Assembly: GCA_030704615.1 (NCBI GenBank) | Contig: CM060733.1 | Span: 33,976,001 to 34,040,000, forward strand | From: Takakia lepidozioides | Lineage: Eukaryota; Plantae; Bryophyta | DNA length: 64,000 bases | Direction of reading: 5' to 3' | Part shown: in pieces, positions 50,190 through 64,000 of the stretch | Layout: each line of letters opens with the position of its first letter | How positions within the stretch are numbered: the stretch's first letter is position 1 | Position numbers and translations under genes: made by a program | The notes under the pieces: generated by a model | Database searches by the model: none | What the model saw: only the letters and a program-made list of their open reading frames with translations | Told to the model about the DNA's origin: nothing

Positions 50190-51219
50190 TCAATATATGA
50201 ATCGAGATGTTTGTTTTGTTTTGTTTGTTTGGTAGATTTGAGATGTCCCAAACTGCGGGGCCCCACCCTAAGTGCTTGGTTCCGTTGGAAAGCCCTCGAC
50301 GAGGAGGGGTGCACGGGCTTGGTCTCACGATTTTTGGACCTGCGGTGTGGGAGATGTGGAATTTCAAGTACTTTGGGTCGCTGAAAATTCACGAAAAATT
50401 GCAAAGTGGGCATTCTTGGGACAATGGTTGGAGCCTCGACAGGAGAGATATCAAGGGAAAGGTCTCCATTTCAAATCTGATCGTAGGCTCTGTGGAAAAA
50501 ACATGCATTTGGACTTAGATGACATTGGACCCTTGGGCCAACGGCATAGGCTACCCTAGAGGTCGCACTTGGGCCTCGACATTGGAGACGCACTTGGATA
50601 CATAGGAGATTGCACTTGGGCTTATATCTCAATTCTTCACACATGGGCCAATGGCTAATGCTACCCTATATCTCCAAACAATGGGGTCTCCGTATACATA
50701 AGGGATTGCACTTGGACATAGATGACACTTGGGCGCGGGTGCTTGGTCCTAGAGGTTGCACTTGGGCCTCGACGAGACACACTTGGATAGATAGGGGATG
50801 CCAATTGGACTTAGATGACACTGGACACTTGGGCCAACGACACAGGCTACCCTAGTCAATATATGAAGCAAGACGTTTGTTTTATTTTGTTTTGTAGATT
50901 TGAGATGTCCCAAACCACAGGGTCCAGCCTTGGTGCTTGGTACCGTTGGAAAGCCCTCGATGAGGAGGGGTGCACCGACTTGGTTTCATGATTTTTGGAC
51001 CTACAGTGTGGGAGATGTTGAATTTCAAGTACTTTTGGCGCTGGAAATTCCCAAAAAATAGGAAAGTGGGCATTCCTTGGACAATGGTTGGAGCCTCGAC
51101 ACGTGAGATATCAAGGGGAAGGTCTCCGGTTCAAATCTGTTTGTAGGTTCTGCGGAAAATAGACCTAAGATGACTTAGATGACATTGGACACTTGGCCCA
51201 ACGGCACAGGCTACCCTAA
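50190..51219 (+). mobile_element. Head-to-tail pair of Helitron-like non-autonomous elements
   Basis: Both units start TCAATATATGAA (50190 after an A, and 50856). They end ggcc(c)aacg(g/a)cacaggctacc-CTAG|T (50855) and CTAA|T (51219), with an extra internal 3'-end copy at about 50559. No TSD. Confidence 0.65.
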
Positions 51220-52009
51220 TATGCCTTATTATATAACCCCCCAACTCTAATTCCTAGACCACTCTAGAATGAACACGGCCCACCCAAACTTGGGAGGCTT
51301 ATTTGGGGTGCCCAAATGGCCAGGGATGTACTTCTTAGTCATAATAGAATCAGCTCGCAACATAACATCTTCTAGTCTGGAAGCTAATCTTATGCAGCCA
51401 CTGAAGGCTGTGGCTCCAAAGGGACCTTGCTCTTCATGGCCTTGTGCAGGGGTCGTATAAGGTAGATTCCAAAGTACTGAATACAATGCTCAGTGCATCA
51501 GCATCTATCTGCCGCAGTGTTGTATGTGGAGGATATGGTGGTCTGGAAGCTGACACTTGAATCAGTGGTGGGTAGTGTAGTAGTTGGGAGCATTGATTGA
51601 TATATGTGAGGTTGCATGTTCAACTCTAGATGGCGTTGCATGTGCATTAATGATGGTCTTTATTACGGACGAGTTTTCCCAAAAAAATTTCTAAGGCCCG
51701 AGCAGACCCGGACCCGCAAGCAGACCCTACAGTTGGACCCAGCAGACCCGGACCTGCCAGTAGACCCGTCCGATGGTAGCGGGGGAATGCTGGTACGACC
51801 CCACGTTTGTGCGGCCCACACGTGAGACTTAAAGACCCAATTGTTGAAGAATGAGAGGCTTAAAAAAACAGTTTTTACTCAATCCAATTTTCAAGAAAAC
51901 ACTATTTTTTAAAAATAAAAGGGAAGGAAACCTGTAATTCCCTATAAAATTTGGAAAAAAACACAATTCTAAAGAAAAATAAAAATAAAAATAAAAATTT
52001 AATAAAGTT

Positions 52010-52214
52010 GCACATCGGCAGGTAGTTCAACTGGTAAGTCCACAATGTGACACCTTGGTGGTTCGGGATTCAAAACCGCTGCCTTGCCCAATGTGTGGAT
52101 TATTCTTGGCGTTCCGTCGGGATGTTATCGTCTGCCTCCATGGCCCATAAAAAGGGGGTTATTTTTCCTCCTCAAAGGTCTAAATTGTGGGCTGTCGCTC
52201 CCAGGTTTCCTCTT
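52010..52214 (+). mobile_element. tRNA-derived SINE, family 2
   Basis: Homologous to 38743-38962. Confidence 0.75.
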
Positions 52215-52482
52215 ATTAAATAAATAAAATAAAATAAAGTTCTCATCAGGGCCACTGTCCCATGTTCCAAAAACTTTTATAAAAAAAAATACAATCTTCA
52301 TTAAAAAAAACCAAAAACGAAATTGAATGTAATTATTGCAAATATTTTCCCCTTTAGTTCTGAGGGCACCTTTCTTAACAAAAAAAAACTGCATAGAATA
52401 CCTGGAAGCCTTGCCATATTGGTGATCATGTATTTGCGGAATGTTTTGCAATGCAATTGGTATCCTTTGTGTTACTAGACAA

Positions 52483-52651
52483 GACAACCAAGTTGTAGCC
52501 GAGTGGTAATGGGCACATCCACCTCGGAAGTGGTTGTGGGTTCAATCCACCCTTGATGCCACAAAGGTGTCCACCTTCCGAAGGCACTAACCCTTCGGGG
52601 TGAAGAGACACCATAATTTATGCTTCCTTCGGGAGGCGTCAAATATTATTA
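52483..52651 (+). mobile_element. Full-length tRNA-derived SINE, family 1
   Basis: tagccgagtgg (A box) and ggttcaatcc (B box). 10-bp TSD ttactagaca (52472-81 and 52652-61). Confidence 0.85.
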
Positions 52652-52970
52652 TTACTAGACAGTCATTTGTCTAGTCTATTGACCATATGAATTAAATCTT
52701 ATTTACATATGAAATACAATATAGAAAGATATTTTTTTCTCATTAAGTCTAAGTTCAAAATAACAGGTGAAATGTTTTGCTGAACTTGCAGACCCCCCAA
52801 TATGTACTCCTATTAAAAGTAGTTCAAAAAACAAAAATACAAACAAACAAACAAACAGGCTTGGACATATAACAAGCTGTCGTAACAAATGTGGCTATAG
52901 CATGTGGCCCCACATGGCTATTGCAATGTGAAAGTGCCAATTGCATGTGGCCCACATGGAGTGCATGCAA

Positions 52971-53049
52971 AAAAGTATGACGCCGGAGCGTAACTTATGA
53001 TGTCACTTGACCCCCAAGGGCTACTGCCTTCCAGCAGGAAGGTGGACTC
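52971..53049 (-). mobile_element. 5'-truncated SINE family 1 copy
   Basis: 3' half of the family consensus. 9-bp TSD tgcatgcaa (52962-70 and 53050-58). Confidence 0.8.
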
Positions 53050-54624
53050 TGCATGCAATAGTACATGGCCAAGGTGGCCAAGGTTCTAGAAGTTGCCCAA
53101 AAATAGAGGCCCTACAACAACATTAGTTGGGGATGCCAAGAGACCGCAAGCAACAACGTACAGCAACATAGGAGGACCAGCACGAGGAGGGAGGCTAAGT
53201 ATGGGGTGTTGGCGGTAGAGGCTGGCGACAACAAAGACCAACACAAAGAGGGAAGTAGCGGTAGGGGCTGGCGGGTGGGTGGCGGCACCTAGGACCAGCA
53301 GGAGGAGCATGGCTCGAGGGAGGCTCTGGATGGGATATTGCAACCTAAGTTCTCTAGTTCATTTCATTGTTGACATACTTACATTTCAATATTCTATTTA
53401 TTCTTTGCAGTGTCCTTGGGTGAGAGTGGTTGGGCACGAATATGAGTCTAAAACTATGTTATACAAGGGGTTTTATCACTTCCAAGGTGGACTTGAGTCA
53501 AGATTGCACTTTCTTTCAGGTCCTCACAGTGGTGATCAGATTGCATTGGTGGAGTGACCAGTTATATATCAACATATATTTCTATTATGTTGTAAGATGT
53601 GCATGTGACTATGATTTTTTTGGCCCCAAATTACATTTACAACGGACTTTGCTATATCCATTACGACACATGGAGGGGGTTATCTACTGCAGAATGTGCT
53701 TCTCAAAAAGGTTTGTTGTGTTTTAGGAAATTTAATGAGAAAACTGGAATTTTTGGCTCCCCAAAAATTTATATATTGACATATTCTGAATTTTTTTGAG
53801 GTGGTAGCTTACCAAGGTCACAGCTCACCTTATATATAGTCAATGTTCATGGATCTGAATTTTGAAAGTCATTCCATGCCTGTAAGAGCGCCGGTAGACA
53901 CTTCTTCGGCATGGAGGGGGATGCGGAGCTGTTTTCTAGCGAGCTTCAACAACTCACCTCCGGCTCAACATCAACCCCCCACAAGGAAGCAGTTTTCGAC
54001 GAGCGGGAAGGTCCAGACGAAGACCTCGACGTGGACTCCGACTTTGAGTGTACGTAAGTCCGGTTTGTTTGGATGCCATATCGGATTTTTCATTATTCAG
54101 ACCTTCTTTTTGGTGAGAAAGTCTTGCCTCCGCGGTCCTGTCCTTGTGCTTACTGGTCTTGCAACTTTGGAAATCTTTGCAGGACACCAAAAGCGAACAG
54201 AAGTATCCCTTTCTTTGCTATCCCGGAATTTTTCCCCAGCCCACAAGCCCCCCTAGAGTTGCTAAGCTATGCGGAGGCTGCCGCTACGCAGTTTACTCTC
54301 TACGACTCTCCCCCTGCAATCTCGATCGTGTAGAAAAGGTGGACATTAGGGCTAGGATCTTTATGGACATTAGTGCTTCGGAGTCCGGTGCTAGCACTAG
54401 TTCCAGGGCATAGACATTTTCCGACTGATTCGACCTGTTTAGGAATATCTATGAAATCAACTGTGAGGGGATTGCTTCTCTTCCGTCCAGTGTGTGCCAC
54501 CCTTTCCAACATTGTCTCCATAAGACATTTCCTGGACATAAAATTTTTCATCTTCACTTGCAAGTCTATTCATACATTTTGTGTGGGTCCACAATACTTC
54601 CAGTCTTTAAACATACGCACGTAA

Positions 54625-54985
54625 ATTGTTCATGCATCCAAAACATTATGTCCATCCTTCAACTATCAGCCATTCTACTATTCCAAATTTGTTCCTCCGT
54701 CTTTCATCCAGTGTTCCAGCATATATCATCCATCATTCGCCTCACACTCAGCATGCATCCAACATCCAACCAACATTCATCCATCATCCATCCAATATTT
54801 TCATCCATCCAACATTCATCCAACTTCACATCCAGGTATGCATTACATTTTCACTCGTTCCCACGGGAATAGGTCCCCTGGGTCTGCACCGTCCGCTGTT
54901 GTAGGCCCGTGCACCCTCTGGCGTGAGCATCTTTCCGCTCACGGATTGACATCTTCTCGCTCACGCATCTTCCCGCTCACGGACT
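54625..54985. repeat. CATCC-rich low-complexity tract followed by repeated cgctcacg motifs (probable DNA-transposon subterminal region)
   Basis: Many catcc/catcca units at 54630-54835, and cgctcacg three times at 54937-54981. Confidence 0.5.
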
Positions 54986-56094
54986 AGCAATCCCCCCCAC
55001 AATTGGTCCCTTTATCTCTTCTGGCTCGATACTTGGAGTTCTTCTAGCATTCGAGAATTGACGCCCTTCAAAGATTTGTAGGATAATTTTGACACACATA
55101 AACAAAAAACCAATGTGGTTACCTCTCTCCGAATGTATATAGGCTTGATTACTTAGATAACTTCTTTCAATTTTTAACCTTTGCACTGTTTTTGCATCTA
55201 CTAACCTGTTAACATTACTGAGTTTTTTTTTTCTATTTTTGGTGTTAATAAGTCCTATAACCGTGGAAGAGAAGATAAGAAAGACAGATTCTAAGCCCAG
55301 GTCATTTCCGGCCATAGTCACGTGGCTGCTTTCTTCCATTTTTCACTTATGGTTTTGTTGTGATTGCATCTCTACTTGGATTTTGAGTTACCATCTTAGT
55401 ATATTTCGTCATCATCTTGTGTCATCCTGACCGAACCCCTAAGCTGAACTGATCACTCATCTTATTGCACCTAAGATTTGTGCAAGGAAAAAAACTAGAC
55501 ATCTCCTTGAATTTTGCAAAATCATGTGCACTGCAAGTTTTTTGGTTCATACATTATCAATATCCCTCAAATTTTTGGCACATATACGTGACTTGTATAC
55601 AAGCTGTCCGACAAAATAGAAAAACGAACATTTATAGGCTGACCAAAAGACACAAACTTTTAAAACTAAATTGTAATTATCGATGGCCGTGAATTAGTGG
55701 ATGTGCATAAAGGGATTGGGACCATGAAATCAAGAAATGAGATGTGTTAGCAATGCAAATTGGGATCTTAGCTAAAATCCATACAAACAATTAACTTAAT
55801 ACATAAGGGGGACAAGGGACAAGAATCAGAACGCATTTCATGAATTTGATGCATATTGAATCAGAGTGGTGCATAATTTCAACTCTATTTCAAGGTTGGA
55901 TTGCATGATTTCAACTCTTGAAAATAGAGTGGAAAGGCGTTTTTCAACTCTATTTTGAATAGAGAAAATGGCCCATTGCTTTTGTGATTCCAGTGTCACC
56001 AAGGCCTTCAAGACAGAAAGTATAATGACCAAATTAACCTTATTTGAATCTGATTTTTGCATTTTCAAACCAAGATTTAGGGTTTAAGGATTAG

Positions 56095-56200
56095 GTATCT
56101 TGCTGAATTGTATTCTTCACGAACTTGGGCTCCACGTCTAGTCTGCGCATTGCAATCGAAGCCTCGACATCACAGTCATTCCATTTTTTTTTGCCTTCGT
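56095..56200 (-). mobile_element. Possible PIF/Harbinger-associated Myb/SANT ORF remnant
   Basis: WNDCDVEASIAMRRLDVEPKFVKN resembles the first helix of Myb/SANT-like (trihelix) domains. Confidence 0.35.
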
Positions 56201-56949
56201 CTTCATCATGATTCATCATCATCTTCCCTCAAAATGACCCACTTCTATTTTGACTTTGCCACTTTTGTTTTTGAGAGGAGGTAGGGCAAAACTCCATCAT
56301 CGTCCGTCTTTCCGCATCCATGGGCAGACATTTGTTTCTCCTTCCCCATTGTCATCTCCACTCCCCTACTTCTTTCAAACTCAACACCATCATGTTCCTC
56401 GAAAGACAATATAGTAGGAAATTGAGTTATCACAACAACAAGGACAATTAGCGTATGCAATGGGGGAATTCAACAAATCCTAATTCTTCCCATGGATACT
56501 TTTCCATTCTCACGGATTCAAAGCTACAATAGAAGGAGTGGTGAAAACTAAGATTGATAGACTATTATAGCCGCGTTAGGGGTGGCGGGCACGAGTAGGG
56601 AATTCCAAAAAGGCCTTGATGTGAAATGCAGCGCAATTCACTTGATCAGATGCCAATTCAATTGAATTGCGATGCCAATTCAATTTAACTAACCCTAATT
56701 TGCAATTCAATTGAATTGTAATCTATAATTTTTAACGCAGTTTTGTATTTAATATATATAATATATTATCATGTATATGTATATGTATATGTATCGTATA
56801 CACATATACATACGAGAGTATAAGCTGAATATACATGCTGGCCCGTCTATTCCTGCTGCCCGTCCATCCTTTGCTTGTGGTAAGGCCTAAGTCACGACAT
56901 GAGTCGCGTAGCCTAAATGAGAGATATATACTACACATATATACTAGTA

Positions 56950-57196
56950 GAGGTATCGTCATTAGGTTGTAGCCCTGTTTGATATATCTACAGAGGTATA
57001 GTATTTCATTTTACAAGAAAAGTTGGCCAAATTAATCTATATTTATGCGGAGGTATCGTCATGAGACAGTAGCCCTGTTTAGTATACCACCAGAGGTATA
57101 GCGCCTGACTTACAAAGAAACCTGGTCAAATCAGCCTATATGCAGGTTGAGGTATCGTTATGAGGTAGTTGCCCTGTTTAGTATACCTACAGAGGG
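56950..57196. repeat. ~100-bp tandem repeat, 2.5 copies, just inside the left TIR
   Basis: gaggtatcgt(c/t)at...gccctgttt...agagg recurs at about 56950, 57050 and 57149. Confidence 0.85.
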
Positions 57197-57601
57197 ATTG
57201 GCAACGTACGCATTCTTATCTCTGTTTTTATCCCAGTCCTCGCTTGTTAGATTTTACAACTGTTCATCGTGTAGCACTTGGCTACATGATTGTCTATTGT
57301 TTCTGGTTTACTCAATAAGAAGAGTGGGATAGAAATGTCAAGTGAGTTTTCATGGTACGTGTCATGGTTGGGTGGACAGGAAGAGGCCAAGGAAGAGGCA
57401 GCAGCAGAGCTGACACATTTGGTAAGGCAACCGTGTCCATCCTGAGTATGAAGGATGCTGCACCCTCGGAAATACAAGATGCTTCAAGTAAGTTCAAAGA
57501 GCTTTCTTCTCTTTCTGGTGTGCTGGATATGTATGCGGAGGACAACTAATATCACCTTAGGTGCCAAGGGAGAAACAAACAACCAGACCCTATTTCATTT
57601 C

Positions 57602-59010
<1,409 letters not shown>

Positions 59011-59027
59011 TAGATCACCAGTCACAC

Positions 59028-59177
59028 CTTCATAGGAGTGGGCATGTGGCTTGCAAGTGTTGGGCTGCCAATAACAAACCCACTACAACGTTGCACTACA
59101 ACCATAATCTCATCACTATTGCAGAACTCAGCATTCATGCTCTCGATTCCCACTCCAGCCTTTCAAATTCCTCAACT
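59028..59177 (-). pseudogene. Captured exon fragment of a flavodiiron protein (FLV / diflavin flavoprotein), flavodoxin domain
   Basis: Minus-strand translation S*GI*KAGVGIESMNAEFCNSDEIMVVVQRCSGFVIGSPTLASHMPTPMK followed by a GT donor. It matches the Flv motif GITKAGVxVES.N.E...GFxIGSPTLGGHxPT and has two stops. Confidence 0.8.
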
Positions 59178-59920
59178 TCCATTCAGCATCCCATGAACCC
59201 CACATGCAGCCCGAGTGTTATTACAAGCACGTTATGTGCTTTGGTAAATACTGTTGTGGGAATGAGGCAAAGCCCTCAAACCTTGGCCAAATGTTTATGC
59301 AAACCTCCTTAAACTGCTTGTGAGCTAAATGGGTTTGATGTGCATGCCAGGGCTAGCTCCATCTCATTTTTTGGGGGACCCTTTGGGAGACAGATGGCTT
59401 ACTCAGAAGTGCTTCAGCTTCCTTTGATTCACTGGCAAAAGAAATATGGCTAGCTCTGAAAGAAACAGACAATTTCAAACCTCACAATTGATGAATGGCT
59501 TCCCCTGCATCATCATGTACTCCCCTGGCACTAGTATCTGGCCCCCATGACACAACCCCAGAGAAAACAAAAGACATGTTCATTTCGAGAATTATCTCCA
59601 ATAATCTTGTTTCGATACTCTTACAAAGGTATCATGTTGCAATTGGGCTGTGTGTTCGATAGAGAGTTTAATATATCAACTCTTAGACGTTGATACTCTT
59701 ACAGTGGTATCATGTTTGGTATATGTACATAGCCATATATTGGCACTATAAGGGCTTGGCAGTATGAAATTGGTTAGTGTCTCAAGGTGCAGATGAAACA
59801 TGCTAACATATTTAGATTGTAAGCAACACCCACCAGTCAAACTCATCCTCAGAAGAGATTGATACACAAAAATTTCTCAGGGTCGTTGGTGCGCAGGCTT
59901 TTGTCAAGGGCTTGATATCA

Positions 59921-60786
59921 TCATAAAGGTGTTTCAGAACGTGTGGCTTCAATGTGTTGTTTTATAAGAGAGTGCTCTACTGCAAAATCAGATCGAATTC
60001 GTAAAGGTGCTCCAAACTTGGAAACTGCATCGTGATATCCTTTTAAAATGGTTTTTTCTTTCTTGTTTCTTGCAACGTTCGCCCATAAAACAAAATGAGA
60101 GGCCCCATCAATGCCAGCATGTACTCGAAGACCAAACATAATCAATTTGTCATAAGCTGCACCACGAATTGTATACATGTTTTAGTTTGCCTACAATTTT
60201 GTGCGATATGTAATACAAGAAAACGTCTTGCATGTGCATCTTCAAAGAACATTAAGATGCATGAGATAAAATACTTACAGTCAATGTGCCATAGAGCCAT
60301 AGGCATTGTCACATTATACTGAGTCATTTGAATTGCCTGTGCCCTTCTCCTACGCTCATAATGGTAGGGTGAGATGATTTTCAAAGCTTCCCCCACCTTC
60401 CTTCGAGGAATCCGCCAATTTGACCTCTTTAAGGCAGATTGCACTGTTCTCATTCCCCAATTTGACCCATTCTCTTCAATAGGAAGTAACTCTTGAATCT
60501 TTTCACACAAGCGTTGGACACTCAATTCATGATGAACTTTGAAAGGAGACCCTTGGACTTCTGATAGCAATCTTCTCAATGGTCGTACATCATCAAAAGA
60601 AAGGGCAGTGGCGATTGATTTCATTGTGGCACCCTCATTCAACATTGCTTCCACATAAAGTACTAAATCATCCACTACTTTGTCACCATCCAAATGGTTG
60701 TTTTCCATGCTTACATGATCTGTCTTATCTCTGCTTAATAGCCCCAGTGCCAATGCCTTCGACCTTGCCCTTGTTGTAATTGTTTG
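59921..60786 (-). pseudogene. IS3EU-like / integrase-core DDE transposase, spliced, C-terminally deleted
   Basis: Splicing intron 60278-60157 (GT..AG, 122 nt) joins ORFs 60142..60753 and 59921..60178 in frame. The product has an HTH (EGATMKSIATALS), NWGMRTVQSALK...YNVTMPMALWHIDSYDKLIMFGLRVHAGIDGASHFVLW...FGAPLRIRSDFAVEH. It stops before the expected third catalytic Glu motif. Confidence 0.85.
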
Positions 60787-62049
60787 CTGTTAATTCTGTA
60801 GTCACTGCATCCACTCACACACTCCCCATAGGACTTACGTCACTAAAGTTCACATAGGCTATCAAGTAGATGAACCAAATGTACTTTGAAACAACAACTA
60901 CTATATCCTAAAATGTATTAGCAAACCACAGTACACAGTGTGGGCAGGTTGAAGACAAACCATGTGATCAAGCTCTTTCTTTCAGTGTGTGTGTTGAGGA
61001 GCGTTTGGTAACCCACTCTACTACCCCTAAAGTTCTCTCCTCAAAACTCATGAGTCACCAGCACGTACACAAGAACTACAACTTTAGCTAAAATGATATC
61101 TTTATCAATGATTGGGGGAACTCATGCCAATATGGGAATGTGCTTACTCATGGGCAGATCTTGTCATTTGGTGATCCAAGAAGGCTTCCATTATACATAG
61201 CGCCACCACCGCTCCACCACCGCTCAACCCTAAACTTGTTGTTGCATTCTTCTCTCGTTACTTCTCGTCCTCCAACTGATTTGATCATTTCACTTTTAGG
61301 GCACCTCTGCCCCAAAAACCCTTCATCACTTCATTTCTCTCTCCCTTTCCCTCGCTCTCGCTCTCTCTCTAGTATATATCTCTCCTTTAGGCTACGCGAC
61401 TCATGTCGTGACTTAGGCCTTACCACAAGCAAAGGATGGACGGGCAGCAGGAATAGACGGGCCAGCATGTATATTCAGCTTATACTCTCGTATGTATATG
61501 TGTATACGATACATATACATATACGTATATATGATAATATATATATATATATATATATTATATACAAAACTGCGTTAAAAATTATAGATTACAATTCAAT
61601 TGAATCGCCAGTTGGCAATTCAATTGAATTGCAAATTAGGGTTAGTTCAATTGAATTGGCATCTGATCAAGTGAATTGCGCTGCATTTCACATCAAGGCC
61701 TTTTTGGAATTCCCTACACGGGCAGTGTGGCTGCCGTGAGTACCCGCCTCCACGTCCTTCCCACACCGTCCCCTCGTCATTCTCGCCGGGCTCAAGTTTG
61801 AGAGATGACTTGTCCTGACGAATTGGAATTTTTCCACATGGCAGATATCGAATCGTGGCTAGCCAGCCGCGACCTGCTAGCGGGTGCAGGTGCCGGGCTC
61901 TGCGGTTGCGGCTAGCTGCAACCTCTAATGTATGTGTAAAAACGTCACGACTACCTCTAAATGTGTGTGTAAACAGTCTATGACTCACCTTCGAGATTCA
62001 ATCTAATCAATGGTCATGATCAATTTAAAAATTATATTTTATTATTTCC

Positions 62050-62325
62050 GTACGTGGTCTAAGGTCCAAGAGTTGGTCTTCCAAACCACATGGACTCCTT
62101 TTTTGGTCCGTAGACCAACAATCTCCCGCAATATTCACCGCCGCACCTTTTCTAAGTTTCTTAGACCAACAATCTCCCACAATATTCACCGCCGCATCTT
62201 TTCTAAGTTTCTTGGTCGTACTGTAAAGCCAATATGACCAAAAAAACATTGCCTCGACCAATAGGATCATTGCATTTTGAGTTGGTCTTGGTCTTGGTCT
62301 TGGTCCGTAGTCTAAAGTGGCCCTT
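62050..62325. mobile_element. Tourist/Harbinger-like MITE right portion with a 51-bp tandem duplication
   Basis: Ends ...gtctaaagtggccct|tag, with (ttggtc)n subterminal repeats and duplicated tagaccaacaatctccc(g/a)caatattcaccgccgc at 62111 and 62162. Confidence 0.5.
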
Positions 62326-64000
62326 AGTTCCACACGAATCCATGAGTTTGCCACTAAACTATAACGGTAGGCTGTATTTAAGGGTCCGCATAGCTTTAGA
62401 TGAAAAGAGCACACTAAGTTTTTGATGCGGAGGGATGTTTAAGGCGGGAGTTGCAAACATAAGAGTAGACAGATGGTTAAACCTGGGAAAGGAGAACAAC
62501 GACCAATGTTCTTGAACTGGACTCAGATCAGCTTTGTTGAAACCAAACTATTACTACCAGATCTGGGAGAAAGCCTGCAGACTTGCTCATATATCAAAAG
62601 GTTGTTCCCAAGGGTTTAGTTATTGTCCAAGGGACACCTATTAAGAAGGCCTCTTGCTTAACTTTCAGTGGCCTGCATAAAAGCTCTCATGACAAAAATC
62701 ATCCTCTGTTTTCACGCCATACACTATCGAACTCTGTTTTTTTGGGGGGGGGGGGGGGGGACCTTTTTCATAGCTTACTTGGAAGACAAGTTTTCACTAT
62801 CCAACTCTGAAAAACGTGGAGTAATTCCAATGCCAAAGTTGAAGGCATTCCTGCTGTCAACCCACCGTCCATTGCTAGGCCTAAAAGGCAGCATAGGTGG
62901 GAAGTCAGCCGGAAAAGTTCAATCATAACTCAAGAAAGGAAGAGAATCCATAGGTGATTATAGGATATATAACTAGTGCGCATACATGTTATTCCCTAAC
63001 TAGAAAGCAAACTAGAACCTCATAGTCATCAAACTTAGACACTGACACAAAATGCACTGTTTTCAAATATCTTTTGAAATGTCTTCCAGAATTTCACTGC
63101 ACTGGGGTACTCTTTACAGCAATTTTGTTACCACTTGTCCCATATTTCAGTAAATGCTTCTCTATGCCATGAGCCTTTAATTTAAGACCTTGAATAAATC
63201 TCAACGCTTTTCTACCAACTCCAGTTAGAATGGTTTGCCTAAAGCATGCAAATAGCATGATCGAAAGACAACAGAGATGATACAGTAGAGATATTGCAAG
63301 ACAAAGCGACAAGGTTGAAAGAGGCAAGGTTGCACCTGACTTGAAGCTGCTTGTAGGTAGCCTAAACTCTTGTCCAAAACTGAAACTGTTTGCAACACAT
63401 ATGGTGGATAGCCCGCGGAGCTTTGATACCCATCCATCCCACTTCATTTATGAATTAGTAAAGAAACTCCACTCATACAAAACAATTTGAATTTCATCCC
63501 ACTAATCACCAAGTTGGTTGCTCGTCTAAGATCTATTTGGCTGTATAGTGAAGTTGAAATCACTGCCTCACCCTCCTACCAAATGGGGTCAGTTGCTAGG
63601 AGGCACGGCCAAACAAAGGGATGGTGGACAAGTGCAAAGGATCAACTTGCCTCCAGGCATTTGGAGAGACGGAGACAATCAATGGGTGAGAGTATCTTCC
63701 AGAAGATACAACTTGCTGGTTGTTCTCTCCTTGGGACTTCTCAAATTGCAGGCATGGAATGTGATACATGCATCACACATAAATCAAATGATCTATTTGC
63801 CATAGAATTGGAACTTGAAGAACACCGCCATTGCAGTATTAAGCCCACCGGGTCATATATTGCAGGAACCTTGATGGAATTGAAGGAGATCTACAACAGG
63901 AACAAGATTGGAGTTCAAAATACAGAATTTGTTATTTACTCTTGATTGACACACTGGCCACCTCAACTAATGCAAGCCTCCCCCAAGCAGGGCAGCTTCT

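Overview
Eukaryotic nuclear DNA from a non-flowering land plant, most likely a moss or other bryophyte. The evidence is spliced plant genes, PLS-PPR remnants and a flavodiiron-protein exon fragment, a family absent from angiosperms. Four intact multi-exon genes can be reconstructed with GT-AG introns and continuous reading frames: a CHID1-like GH18 protein (-, 3093-7526), a plastid ferritin (-, 14570-16904, with a tandemly duplicated last exon), a SKU5-similar monocopper oxidase (+, 32271-36759) and a large RING-H2 E3 ligase of the MBR/HIP1/RHG1a type (-, 41440-45893). The intergenic space is a dense, nested set of mobile elements: hAT, pogo-like, CACTA, piggyBac-type TTAA MITE, Helitron-like, copia, gypsy, LINE and two tRNA-SINE families. 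The most unusual object is a 5.1-kb DNA transposon (56596-61716) with about 340-bp TIRs built from CAATTCAATTGAATTG palindromes and a near-perfect 6-bp TSD. It carries an intron-containing IS3EU-like integrase-core transposase and captured cargo, including a flavodiiron (FLV) exon, and has a 1.1-kb non-autonomous relative at 29740-30842. A probable Crypton-like (tyrosine-recombinase) remnant with a terminal hairpin lies at 27554-29734. All family assignments come from visual motif recognition; no searches were run.
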